Below, piece by piece: positions 39,301 through 51,987 of a DNA stretch of 63,744 nucleotides; the first letter of the stretch is position 1; each line of letters begins with the position of its first letter. The position numbers and the translations under genes are program-made. The stretch is from positions 185,586,066 to 185,649,809 of the forward strand of contig NC_068982.1 of assembly GCF_001194135.2 (NCBI RefSeq). The letters are read 5' to 3'. The notes beneath the pieces are model-generated. The model saw only the letters and a program-made list of their open reading frames with translations. It was not told the DNA's origin and made no database searches. Source of the stretch: Octopus bimaculoides. Taxonomy: Eukaryota.

Positions 39301-42300
39301 ATCACCAAGAGAAATATTACTGCTTTGTTGACAGCAGAGAAGTGGGTCAGGATACAAGGTACTGAAAAGCTCTCTCTGTCTTTTCAGATATCTTTTCCAA
39401 GACGCAGGAGTGGCTGTGTGGTAAGTAGCTTGCTTACCAACCACATGATTCCGGTTTCAGTCCCACTGCGTGGCACCTTGGGCAAGTGTCTTCTACTATA
39501 GCCTCAGGCCGACCAAAGCCTTGTGAGTGGATTCGGCAGACGGAAACTGAAAGAAGCCCGTTGTATATATGTATATATATATATATATGTATGTGTGTTT
39601 GTGTGTCTGTGTTTGTCCCCCCACCATCACTTGACAACCGATGCTGGTGTGTTTACGTCCCCGTAACTTAGCGGTTCGGCAAAAAGAGACCGATAGAATA
39701 AGTACTAGGCTTACAAAGAATAAGTCCTGGGGTCGATTTTCTCGGCTAAAGGCGGTGCTCCAGCATGGCCACAGTCAAATGACTGAAACAAGTAAAAGAG
39801 TAAAAGAGTAAAGAGAGTATGTCTATTGTAGTACCTATCTGTCAGCACTCAACAGCAAGATGAGCCAGAGACCTGTAGGCCATAGACAGTTTTATAAGAG
39901 TCAGAGAAGCCTCATGAGTGATTACTATCGACATAGGACTAAATCTAATCTATCATTGTACCAAAACAAACAAATTTGCATCTGGTGAAGCCTGACCTGG
40001 GCAATTTTGCATACTGCAATGAAAGCATCCTTCTTCACTTAGGATGATGTATCATTCTGGTGAATTCTCAGAGTTCACAAGAATGACATTACTTCTGCTC
40101 CAGTATTGTCACTGAATCAGTCTCAGTGCTTGTGCACTCTAGAAGCAAGATGTTTGGTTGACATTGAGTAGAGTAGATCTCTGAAAGTTTAAGTTTTCAT
40201 GCTGAGATGCGAGACTCACGGTTGAAAAAAATCATTGGGAAAAGGAATAACACTCAAAGCACACAGAACATGCAAACGTAATAGCAAGGCAGAAAAACCT
40301 GAGAGAACAGCTCCAGTTCCAGAAAGGTCTCAAGGTAAGATATAGATATGAACTTTGAGTGAGAAACACTTCACTGGGAGTGGGGGCAGGGAAATAAACA
40401 TGGATAAGCTACACCTTTTGGATCAATTGTATTACTGAAGAATGACATAATTCTGAAGTGAGTTACTGTCAAGGGTTGTTTTGCCGAGAAATTTGCTGGT
40501 TTTCACAAGAGACTGAATGATATGACTGCATCTTTGTCAGGCAAACAACATTTCGATATTATCAGTGCTTAGAATTTTTATTCGTTTCCTCAGACTTTAT
40601 CATAGTTGGTATTTATGAAGAAATGGATTTTCTCATCAGATCTCAGCCAAACCATGGCAACCTTATTGTTCTTCCCAAATTCAATGCCAGGGTTGGATTT
40701 GTTTGTGCGAACTCAGAGGAATTCACTGGATGGAATGGAGTTAGCAAGTACACAAAACACTCAACACCTCATTAATAAACAACACAAAATTAAATCTAGA
40801 AACTATCCATCTCCCACCAAGCTCCTGAGCCTATGTGGTATATAAAAGCAGCACATCCAGACTTTGACCCTCTACCTTAGAATTATGTGCTACAAAGATT
40901 CAATCTGTAATTCACACTTTAAAACCTATATTTGCACAAAACATACACACAACCTCATACATAGGTGACATCATACTCACATATTCCTATAATTCACAAG
41001 ACAGCTGCACAGCTCCAACCTTACATCAACTACCTAGAATCCTGACTCTACAACAATAGACTTAAAAGTAGCACCTTTTAAATACACTGTCTTTATTTTT
41101 ACCAACACCACCAAATACCTCACACTCAATAACATAGGCATACTATAAGATACACAACGCAAAAATACTAGAAATTACATACAACCCTCCACAACATTTA
41201 CATCACATTCAAAAAAAGAGAAGGAAACAAAACAATGTACTATGAAACTTAAAGCACTGATAATTACTACATTTATCAACAAAGACAAGCGAATGCAGTA
41301 ATGTAGAAGCCTTCTGTAACAAGAAACTATAAAGAATATAATACAGCACATTTCAAATTGTAACAGGTTGTACAAGACCACCTACACAATAAATCAAAAA
41401 TGTTAAAAATGGAAGATTAACTGGGCATGTGAAAAGTGCATATTGTTATTTAATGAAACTTTAGCCCTTACTAAATACCCAATCATGTCTAAATTAAAAT
41501 ACTGTGCACAATAATTAATCATTAACCGTCAGAATGCTGACTATGGTCTTCAACCACATAGTGGTAATGGTATATCCTGTAACAATGGATTGTAGTTGAC
41601 ACCGAGTCATTCAGCTGAAATCTGCTTGATTAATGCTGAGATGTTGTGCAACAACAAAAACCTTCTCTCCTCTATTACTATCCCAATTCATGTGACAATG
41701 GTCAGAGGTCAGTGAATCATTGCCAACAATACAACCAACATCATTGTTGCTATCATCATCATTATTACCATCATTATTCTCGTTGTCACTAAATTGAATT
41801 CTATTGCAGCAACCACCACCAAACCTCAATCCATCATCACCATCATCACAGCCAATATCCTCATGGCTGTCTTCACTGTCACTACTAACAGCATCACTAT
41901 CATACTTAACTCCCAGACAATGCAACCACCACCACCACCACCACCACCACCACCACCACAACCATTTCCATCATCTACATCATTATCGCTTGTATTCAAA
42001 GATATCTTCCAGTATATCAGGATAACAGCAATTGGTAACTCGAGAAGTATATGTAACACACCAGGAATGCTGCAATGTAGACACGCAACCATAAATTTCT
42101 AGATGCAAATACACATAACTCATGCAGCTTTTCTGTAAAAACTTTATTCCCATGAAAACATTTGTGTATTTACCATCGGGGTACCTGCACATAACGATGT
42201 AGTAACTACATGTAGTGATTGATTGTAAATTAAACTTCATCTATCTCTACATACTGTTGTAATATACACTTTTGCATAGTATAACTGCACAGTGGGATAT

Positions 42301-42899
42301 GTTATACAGCTGTACATAGTCTACTTGTACACATTATTACACTGCATATATACTTGTAGCTTTTCATTCTGTACAAAATGTGATTTTGTAAACTTGCATT
42401 TTGTATCCTGCACATAGTGCTGTGTTTTAACCCATACCTCATATATTTGTGCATATTATTTCACTGAATATGTAAACTTGGTCAATCTCTACAAACAGTC
42501 ATGCTGTGCTGTTATAAGTGGTCTATCTGTATGTACTGTTACACCGAATGCTTACATTTAATCTAGTTCTAAATATTGTGATAGCTCTCTCTCTCTCTCT
42601 CTCTCCCTCTATATATATATATATANNNNNNNNNNNNNNNNNNNNNNNNNNNNNNNNNNNNNNNNNNNNNNNNNNNNNNNNNNNNNNNNNNNNNNNNNNN
42701 NNNNNNNNNNNNNNNNNNNNNNNNNNNNNNNNNNNNNNNNNNNNNNNNNNNNNNNNNNNNNNNNNNNNNNNNNNNNNNNNNNNNNNNNNNNNNNNNNNNN
42801 NNNNNNNNNNNNNNNNNNNNNNNNNNNNNNNNNNNNNNNNNNNNNNNNNNNNNNNNNNNNNNNNNNNNNNNNNNNNNNNNNNNNNNNNNNNNNNNNNNN

Positions 42900-42963
<64 letters not shown>

Positions 42964-45900
42964 GGAGGGAGAGAGAGAGAGGGAGAATGAGGTTTGGACT
43001 GCTATGTAGGCTGGTAGATGGGTGGGTAGGTTGTAGGTAGGTAGGCAGGTAGGTAGCTAGGTAGAAATGTTCTGTGTAAGATTGAACACAAATGGCCCAA
43101 ATGTATGTAAAGTTGAACCATTTATACTAAATTTATTTGTATACATGAGAATATATAACTATTCTTGATATTTCTGCACATAGTTTTGTGGGTCTAAAAG
43201 TAAAATTACACTTTAACTTACTATACACACTTGCATACTATAAACCTTGTCTTAGCTTTTGGTCATAATTACGCTTGGTCTACCAGTATATAAAATTATA
43301 CACTTACTCTTGGAATATCTATATATACTGTTAGATAATATACTCAAAGTTAACCTGTACATCTATTCTTGGTTCAACCATATGTACACTTGGGCCATTT
43401 GTGTTGAATTTTACACAGAACATTTCTACCTAGCTACCTACCTACCAAAGCAACCCAACCACCTACCTACCTACCTACACACAAATTATTATATAGGCCA
43501 CTTAGTATTGGTGTATCTTTACATCTGTTACAGTTACCATTGGTTGATATGTATGTACTGTTATACCTACTCAAGTGAGAATGCACTTATACACGATCTA
43601 TCTTCACAATGTTACATTGCATACTTGCATTTCATACATCTGTACATACTGCCACACTGCTAATCTTTTATCTCAGTCAACCAGTACTGTAAATGTGTTC
43701 TTTAACCCTTTAACATTCTTATTATTCTGTCAAATGTAATGCTTATTTGTTCACATTGCTTTAACTTAATCATGCATTATCTTGTAGCTGTGAAATTTTG
43801 ATGAGGCATCTATTAATTTTTTAGAATGACATTGTAGGCTCGGTGTGAGAAACCAGATCTGTCCTCTTTCAACATAAAACAAGTAGAATATTTTGGTTGG
43901 ATTAAGCCAGTTTAAATGCTAAAGGGTTAAGGGATACTGTACGTTTAAACTTTGCCCAACCACATTTGTCATCATTATCATCAGCATTATTTAATAATGA
44001 TGACGATGATTATACTTGATCTAACTTGTACATTGTACTACTTTGTATATTCATACCTGGGATATATATATGTACATGCTATTACACTGTACATTATACT
44101 TGGCCTATCTGTACATACTATTTGATTGTGCTTTTATTTTCGGCCTTTTTGAACACAATCTTACACTAAAATCTTTGTATTGTACATATTTGCATATAGT
44201 CTTGGCCAGGTTATACATACTCCCACAATGTATATTTGGCTTGGTCTGTATATATCTTTATACATATCTATTTATACTTACTCTTACATTTACTCTTAGC
44301 TTATCTGCACAGACTGAAATATTGTACACTGACAGTTGGACAATCTGCTCTTATCATTACCCTGCACTTTTCTACTTGGGCTATTTGAGATATAGTTACT
44401 CTTGGTTTTACATTATATTGTTATATCATACATACTTACACTGACTGTGCATAGTGATTTATTGTACATTTATTAGTGATACGTCTCTACATATAGTTTC
44501 ATTGCACATATACATGTGATCTATCAGTATATACTCATATGTTATTCACTTTCAATTGTACTATATGTATATACTGTTGCACTGTATATGTGCATTCCAT
44601 TTCTGTAGATACGATGACACAAATACACTTATATTTAGTTTATATCTAAAATATAGTTATACTGCATTCTTATACTTACTATTATAGTGTACATTTAGTT
44701 GTGATCCAGCTGTACATACTGTAACAATATATTTGGTCTATGTCTACATAGTTACACTACACACATACTTCATCTGTCTGCACATGTTGTTAAAGTGTAT
44801 ACTTAGTGTTGGTTTATGTGGACATATTGTTAAACTGCAAACTTACATGTGGGCCCAGTTGTATATCATAATTTATACAAATGTATTTCATCTACTTGTA
44901 CATAGTATCAAACCATAGATATATTTTGTCTTGACCATTCTTTATATAATGTTGCAGCTTTTTTTAAACATGTCTATCTGTACTTGTATGCATTACATAT
45001 ACACAAATTACTCTGGGTCATTCAGTACATACTGTTAGATTGTACACTTATACTTGGTCTATCTGTACATAGTATTTCCCAGTAATCTTCTTTGTCTATC
45101 TGCTGATACTTTACAACTGTACACTTATACTTGGATCATACAATTTTCCCTGGCTATATGCATTACACACTGTTACTAGATCTACTTTCACATACTGTTA
45201 GATTATACACTTGTTGTTTTATCTATCTTTAACCTTCTGCAACACCTACTTTTGGTGAAGGGATATATAATGCAAAATTGTACACTTACACTTGATATAT
45301 CTTTACATACAGTAACACTGAACAATTATTTTTCATCTTTCGGTGAATACAAATATTTGGTATGCCCATACTTGGCCCAATTATAAATAACGATATATTA
45401 AACATTTATCATTGGTCAATCTATATGCATTGTTATATTATACACTAATATTTGATCTATTGTTACAAACTGTTGCATTATACATGTGCACTTAGTATTA
45501 GTCTATCTATACATATTCCTTAAATTAATCTTGATCATTGTGTACATTCTACTACACTTCGTCTATCAATAAATACTTTAAATTTTACACTTACCTTAGA
45601 TGTATCAGTTTATAGTGTAACTCTTACTTTTGTTCTACCTTTACACTTATACATGATGTAACTGTACATAGTGTTGCACTGTATGCTTATATTTGGTCTA
45701 TCCATATGTACTTTTAGATTATATACTTACTTTTGGTCAGTTGGTACATACTGTTACACTTATATTTGCATTATCCGTACAAACTGTCACTGTTCACTTA
45801 TATTTGCTGCAGATTAACATACTGTTAGTTTGTACACTTACCACTTACTCTAGCTTTTCATGCTGTTACATTTATTTTTGTTCTCTTTCTGCAAAAACTG

Positions 45901-46415
45901 TAAAATTGCACACTTATACTATGTCTATCTCTACAGAATGGTTCCTATATAGGCTGATGCACTGGTTCTGTAGATCATATATTCTGCTTTGACCAACTGC
46001 CTATGTATGATAGGTCTACTTGTTCGACTTATATTCCTATGGGAACATAATAATATCAATGATATTCAAAGAAAAGCCATGAAAACTTTTGCAGTCAAGA
46101 GTTAACATATGATAAACTATATTATCTTGGGACTATGATTTCTAATTCTGTCCCAGGTCTACCACCCATCAACACGTAAAATTACAAGAGATACGCTCGT
46201 GCCAATGTATCATTCAACTGAGATGATCTCAGTCATAGTAATGAGTTCATAATCTAGCAAAATCTACAAACTCTTGTAACTGAGCCAAACAGAGCTTTTG
46301 ACATTAAAAAGATTGTAATAATTCATAAGCAATATTAGATCTATCTGTACATGTGTTTATACACACACACATACATGTATGCAGATTTTCAAATAAACTA
46401 CTGTTGCCGCTGTTG

Positions 46416-46454
<39 letters not shown>

Positions 46455-48118
46455 ATGGCTCCAAATTGTGGCACAAGGCCAACAATTTCAGGAGAGAGGT
46501 TAAATTGATTACATTAACTCCAGTGCTAAACTTGTACTTATTTTATCAACCCTGAAACAATGAAAAGCAAAATCAACCACTGAGGAATTTGAACTCAAAA
46601 TGTAAAGATGGGTGAAATGCTGCTAATCCTTTTGCCTAGTGTACTAACAATTCTGCCAGCTCACTGCCTTAATGATGATGATGATGATGATGATGTGTTG
46701 GTTGAAGGAGATATTATTACAAAGATAAGTTATACATAATGTAGGGATTTACATTGAGTAGGAAGAGGATAAGGAAGAAGAGGAAAGATGAAAGGGGAAA
46801 AGTAGGGAATGAAATAGAAAGTATACAGGGTATATAAATACATCATCATCATCATCATCATTTAACGTCCGTTTTCCATGCTGGCATGGGTTGGACGGTT
46901 CAACTGGGGTCTGGGAAGCCAGGAGGCTGCACCAGGCTCCAGCATGCTCTGGCAGTGTTTCTACAGCTGGATGCCCTTCCTAACGCCAACCACTCTGAGA
47001 GTGTAGTGGGTTCTTTTTAAGTGCCACTGGCACAGAGGCCAAAAGGGGCTGGCATCGACCATGATCGGATGGTGCTTTTTATGTACCACCAGCATGGAGC
47101 CAGTCAAGGTGGTGCTGGCATTGGCCACGTTTGGATAGTGCATTTTACGTGCCACCAGCATGGGGACCACAACTACAATTTCCATTTGATTGTGATTTGA
47201 TTTGATTTTGATTTTGATTTTGATTTTGCTGTTGATGTACTTGACTCAATAGGTCTCCTCAAGCACGGCATGTTGCCCTACGACATTACACATCCAGAAG
47301 ATCATGCTAGCTTCATTTCTTTCTGAACTTTGCCCAGGCTATTCTTATTCTAGTAGTAACACTCTCTGAGCATCCCCCACCCACCCACTACAGACTTGGT
47401 TACCTGGGTAGCAGAAGCTATCAACTACTTCTAGTTTCTCCCCCTGGCATGTGATAGAATCTGTTTTCTGAGCATCTGTGGTGTTTATTGCCTCTGTGCA
47501 TCTGTCGCACACAAAAGCTATCTTCCCGGTTAATCTTCTTTTGATGTGTCCAGACATAATTGATACTGCTTTCTTGATACTGGAGGATCTCTGTTTAGTG
47601 TCAGTGGGAGAACTGCACAAATCCAAGACCACTGTGACTGCCAAAGGCAAGTGCTCTCTCTTGAACCTGTACTTTGCTAAGCTACAGTAATCTCATCCAC
47701 TCTAACCATTTTTGCCACAACCACTCACCTTTTAACAAATTCACAGGAGGAGAGTACTCTCCCCCTCACTTCCATTTCCAAGAAGAACTTAAATTCTATA
47801 CCTAGTATTAGTTTGTCTGATTCTCTATCTATCTACTGTAATATCATGTGTTCAGTCTCTGGACAGGGCAGCATGTGTCCTTGAATAATGTACTTCATTT
47901 AAAACTGCTCCAGCCTACTCAGCTGAAAATGTGTAGCAGTAGTAGCTGGGTGGATTAGAGATTTAACCTTACAACAAACTGGCAACCCATCCACAGAAGA
48001 CTCTTGTACTCTTAGTGGTTTATATGGTTCACTAACTAGGATAAGCCCTAGTCTGATGAGGCAGCAGCTTGAAACATACTTTATATTCTTTTAACATGTG
48101 TGTGTGTGTGTGTGTGTG

Positions 48119-48153
<35 letters not shown>

Positions 48154-49722
48154 NNNNNNNNNNNNNNNNNNNNNNNNNNNNNNNNNNNNNNNNNNNNNNN
48201 NNNNNNNNNNNNNNNNNNNNNNNNNNNNNNNNNNNNNNNNNNNNNNNNNNNNNNNNNNNNNNNNNNNNNNNNNNNNNNNNNNNNNNNNNNNNNNNNNNNN
48301 NNNNNNNNNNNNNNNNNNNNNNNNNNNNNNNNNNNNNNNNNNNNNNNNNNNNNNNNNNNNNNNNNNNNNNNNNNNNNNNNNNNNNNNNNNNNNNNNNNNA
48401 AATTAGTTTAAGTATATAAACCTCACTACTTGTTTTAAATTTTAGACCCCTGTTTCCATACAAATAAGAAAAAAAAGTACTCTCTTTTGTATGAAAAGAT
48501 TTATTTCATATACTTTTAACTTGCTTTTTTACAAATCATGAAATAATACAATACACCTATTAATTCTGATATAAGTTCTCACTACTATGAAGGTTATATA
48601 ATTATTCTAATTTAAATTATAAATGTATTTTAACACTAGCATGGTTGTGTGGATACAATGATCACCTTGCAACCACATAGTTTCAAGTTTGGTTCTGCTA
48701 AATGGCATCTTGGACAAGAGTCTTCTACTACAGCCTGAGGCTGCCAATACCTTGAGATAGAAGTGGTAGATGGAAGCTGTTGTGTGAGTATATGTGTGTG
48801 TATGAATGTTCGCATTGACAACATTGGAGTAAAGAAGAAAAACAGTGACATTGTGTATATTCTCCAGTTGACAAATGTCCCATAGTTTAATAGATATGTG
48901 CAAATAAGTGGAATAAAAACATACCACTAAAAAAAAAAAAAAAAATTAGATGGGTGTTGGTATCAGGAAATGCCTCTGACTGTAGAAACTCTACCTCCAT
49001 AAGTTTCATCTTACCTAGTCCATTATGGAAAAACAGGTGTGAAAACAAAGGTAGTGATGATGCTTTTAAAATCTAAATCCTATAGACATCTTTATTTCTT
49101 TTTAAAAAGTCAACTGTCTCAAAATTTAATATTTTAATATTTGGAACTTTGAATTCTTTTATTTTTTATAACTACAGTTATCTTCATTATTTACGGATAT
49201 TTGTCCTCATCTTGTTTATTGTTAACACGTTTCAGCTGATATACCCTCCAGCCTTCTTCAGGTATCTTAGGGAAATTTCAAACCTGGGTTCTCATTCCTA
49301 AGGTATTTTTCGATGTTACTATTATAACAACAAACAAGATGAGGACAAATATCCGTCGAATGTAAAAAACGTAAATAACGTAAATAGTGTACATAATACC
49401 TCATCACTTAAATATAGAACTGTATTACAGTTATCTTTTTTAAAATAATTTTTTCTTTATAGACATTATATTAAAATAGCATAAGTTTCATTTGCCATAC
49501 CACTTTTTGTCAGTTCTCATCAATGATAGCCATTATTTATGAATACTATCTACATCATTATCATCATTTAACATCTGCTCTCCATGCTAGCATGGGTTGG
49601 ATGATTTGACTGAGGACTGGCAAACCAGATGGCTGCACCAGGCTCCAATCTGATCTGGCAGAGCTTCTACAGCTGGATGCCCTTCCTAACGCCAACCACT
49701 CCGATCAACTCANNNNNNNNNN

Positions 49723-49770
<48 letters not shown>

Positions 49771-51950
49771 TGACATCCCTTTGAAGGATTGCGGTCCTCA
49801 CCACTTTTATATATGTGTATATGTATTTATATATATTGTACATAACATTTATAATAAATAATCTATACATATAATTATATATTTTATACACATCTCTGAG
49901 GAAATACATTGTTGTATTTTGGTAGTCAAATCAACTAATAAACAAACACAATGAATTCAAATTGATGATGGCAATGGAGATATACTGAAAACACAGACAT
50001 GGTTTCCTGTTTAAGAAGTTAGACAATCATCTGTGTTTCAGTTTTGTCCAACTGTATAGCACCTTGGGTAAATGTCTTCTACAGGTTGACCAATATATAT
50101 TGGAGTAAAACTTAACAGTAAGCGTGCAGAGGCCTGCTGGATTTACTGTACCTGTTTCTTCGATGTTGACTAAAACCATACCTGGTTTAATGCCACCAAC
50201 TCCCTCTTTGGTTGCTTTAGCAAAGTGAACTGTATTAACAACATTTGGATCAAATGTCTGATCTCAGAAAAACTTGATATTTGGATACTCTGCCTCCTTC
50301 TCTTGTATCATGGTTTTCTTTCACCTTTTCCCCACCACTACGGGAGTTCCCATAAGGTTATGGGTGCCACTGGCTGCCCTTCTTCATGTAAAAAAGTGTT
50401 ATTTCCCTCAGTTATTTTATGTTATGGAAAACCTTTTAAGTTGTGAACACTAATTACTGTCTTTGTTTGTTACTTTGAAAATATTAAAAAAGGAAAATTT
50501 CATCACAACATTATGCCAATAAGATTCTGGCATAAATCATGCCAGAGTCTTATTTAACATTCATTTCTCTGATAAAAGAGTAGTCACAAAATCAATACCA
50601 GTCATGTATTTAGGTCAATTCTGTTAACGTAGAGCCCTTCTCTAAAAATGCAAGGTCTTGTGCTAATGCAATTAATTATTCTAATCAATTCTATTTTTCT
50701 ACACTAACCAATCATTTCCACATTATTTCAATAAATACAGTGAAGTCTAAACCTTGCTGATGAAAACAAAATAAAGCTGAAACTTGTTTAAAATTATCTT
50801 TCATATTCACTGGAAAATGAAAATAATATTTGTAATTGACTAATATTTTTCTTCACCAGATATTTCTTGCCTACTAATCTCTGAAACCTTCACTGACTTA
50901 GTCATCTCTAGTTATCTTTTTAACGTTTAATGTTTTCTTATATTAAATTTTAACATTGGCACAAGGCCTCTGTTAAGTATTTTATTAACTAATATAACTA
51001 ATTCATATACATGAAATGTAATTATCAAGCTACATGAATATCAATTTCACCAAACCTTAATGCCAAAAATGTATAAGTAAAAAATATTTAGATGTTTCTC
51101 TCACATACATACTTACGTATACAAAACATATAGATTACTCTATTTCTCACTCAATTATTTTCAGACACACACATGCACAACACAAATATGAAACTGTTAT
51201 ACATTAGCCTATCTCTTTCACTCTCATGTATACTTTCATATATACAGATATAAAACATACCTACATAGTTCTGTCTATTACATATAACTATAACACTTAC
51301 ATGCACCCCCATTACTCTAAACTTTTCACTCTTAGCTCTTCCCTATTTTATATCAGTTTTATCAGATCCCTTCAGAAATTGCACATCTGTTCTTTAATTT
51401 ACCTCAGGGACTTTTATAAACCACAGGAAACTCTAGACTAAGAAAAAGGCAAAGCAGCTGGGTACTTTAGTTATCATGTAATTTTTAAAGAATTTATAAA
51501 TAGGACATGATGAGTAGCACACATCACCTATTTGGTGTGAAACTTGGCAGTTTACAGATTTGTTTCATGTGTTAGTCTGAGGATAAAGAGAGTACAAGGG
51601 GGGGGGGGGGGGAGCTAGTAGTTTTTTTTTTACAATGGTTGACTGAGGACAAGGAAAGCAAGAAGAAAACTTGTGGCTTTTGTAAAGTCTGAAGAATAAG
51701 GAAAGCAGGAAGAGTTGTTGAATGTTTAAGTCTTGCTATTCCACCGGTTTACAGATATAGCAATGTGAGATAAACAATGATTAAGGGATTATGTTAAATT
51801 ACAGCAAGGAGTTTAGTCAGTTGATTTACTGGGGTGGTGGGGTTGTTAAAACATGCATATGGAGTTCCCGGAGGAGGGGGAGGAGAGCCCCTGCTTCTCA
51901 TGTAAAAAGCATTTTCACAAATAGTTTTGTATGAGAGAAGAGAGGGCAAT

Positions 51951-51987
<37 letters not shown>

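Noticed and set aside
48030-48090. CTGATGAGGC-agca-GCTTGAAAC hammerhead-like string (also CTGATGAGGAC at ~18007)
   Set aside because: I could not form stems I and III or a cleavage triplet; too degenerate to call.
51403-51437. Possible extra minus-strand cassette exon (30 nt [10 protein letters not shown], or 35 nt) with a GAG|gtaaat donor
   Set aside because: The better acceptor gives a frameshift and stop, and the in-frame version needs the second AG. There is no homology, and such matches are expected by chance in a 24-kb intron.
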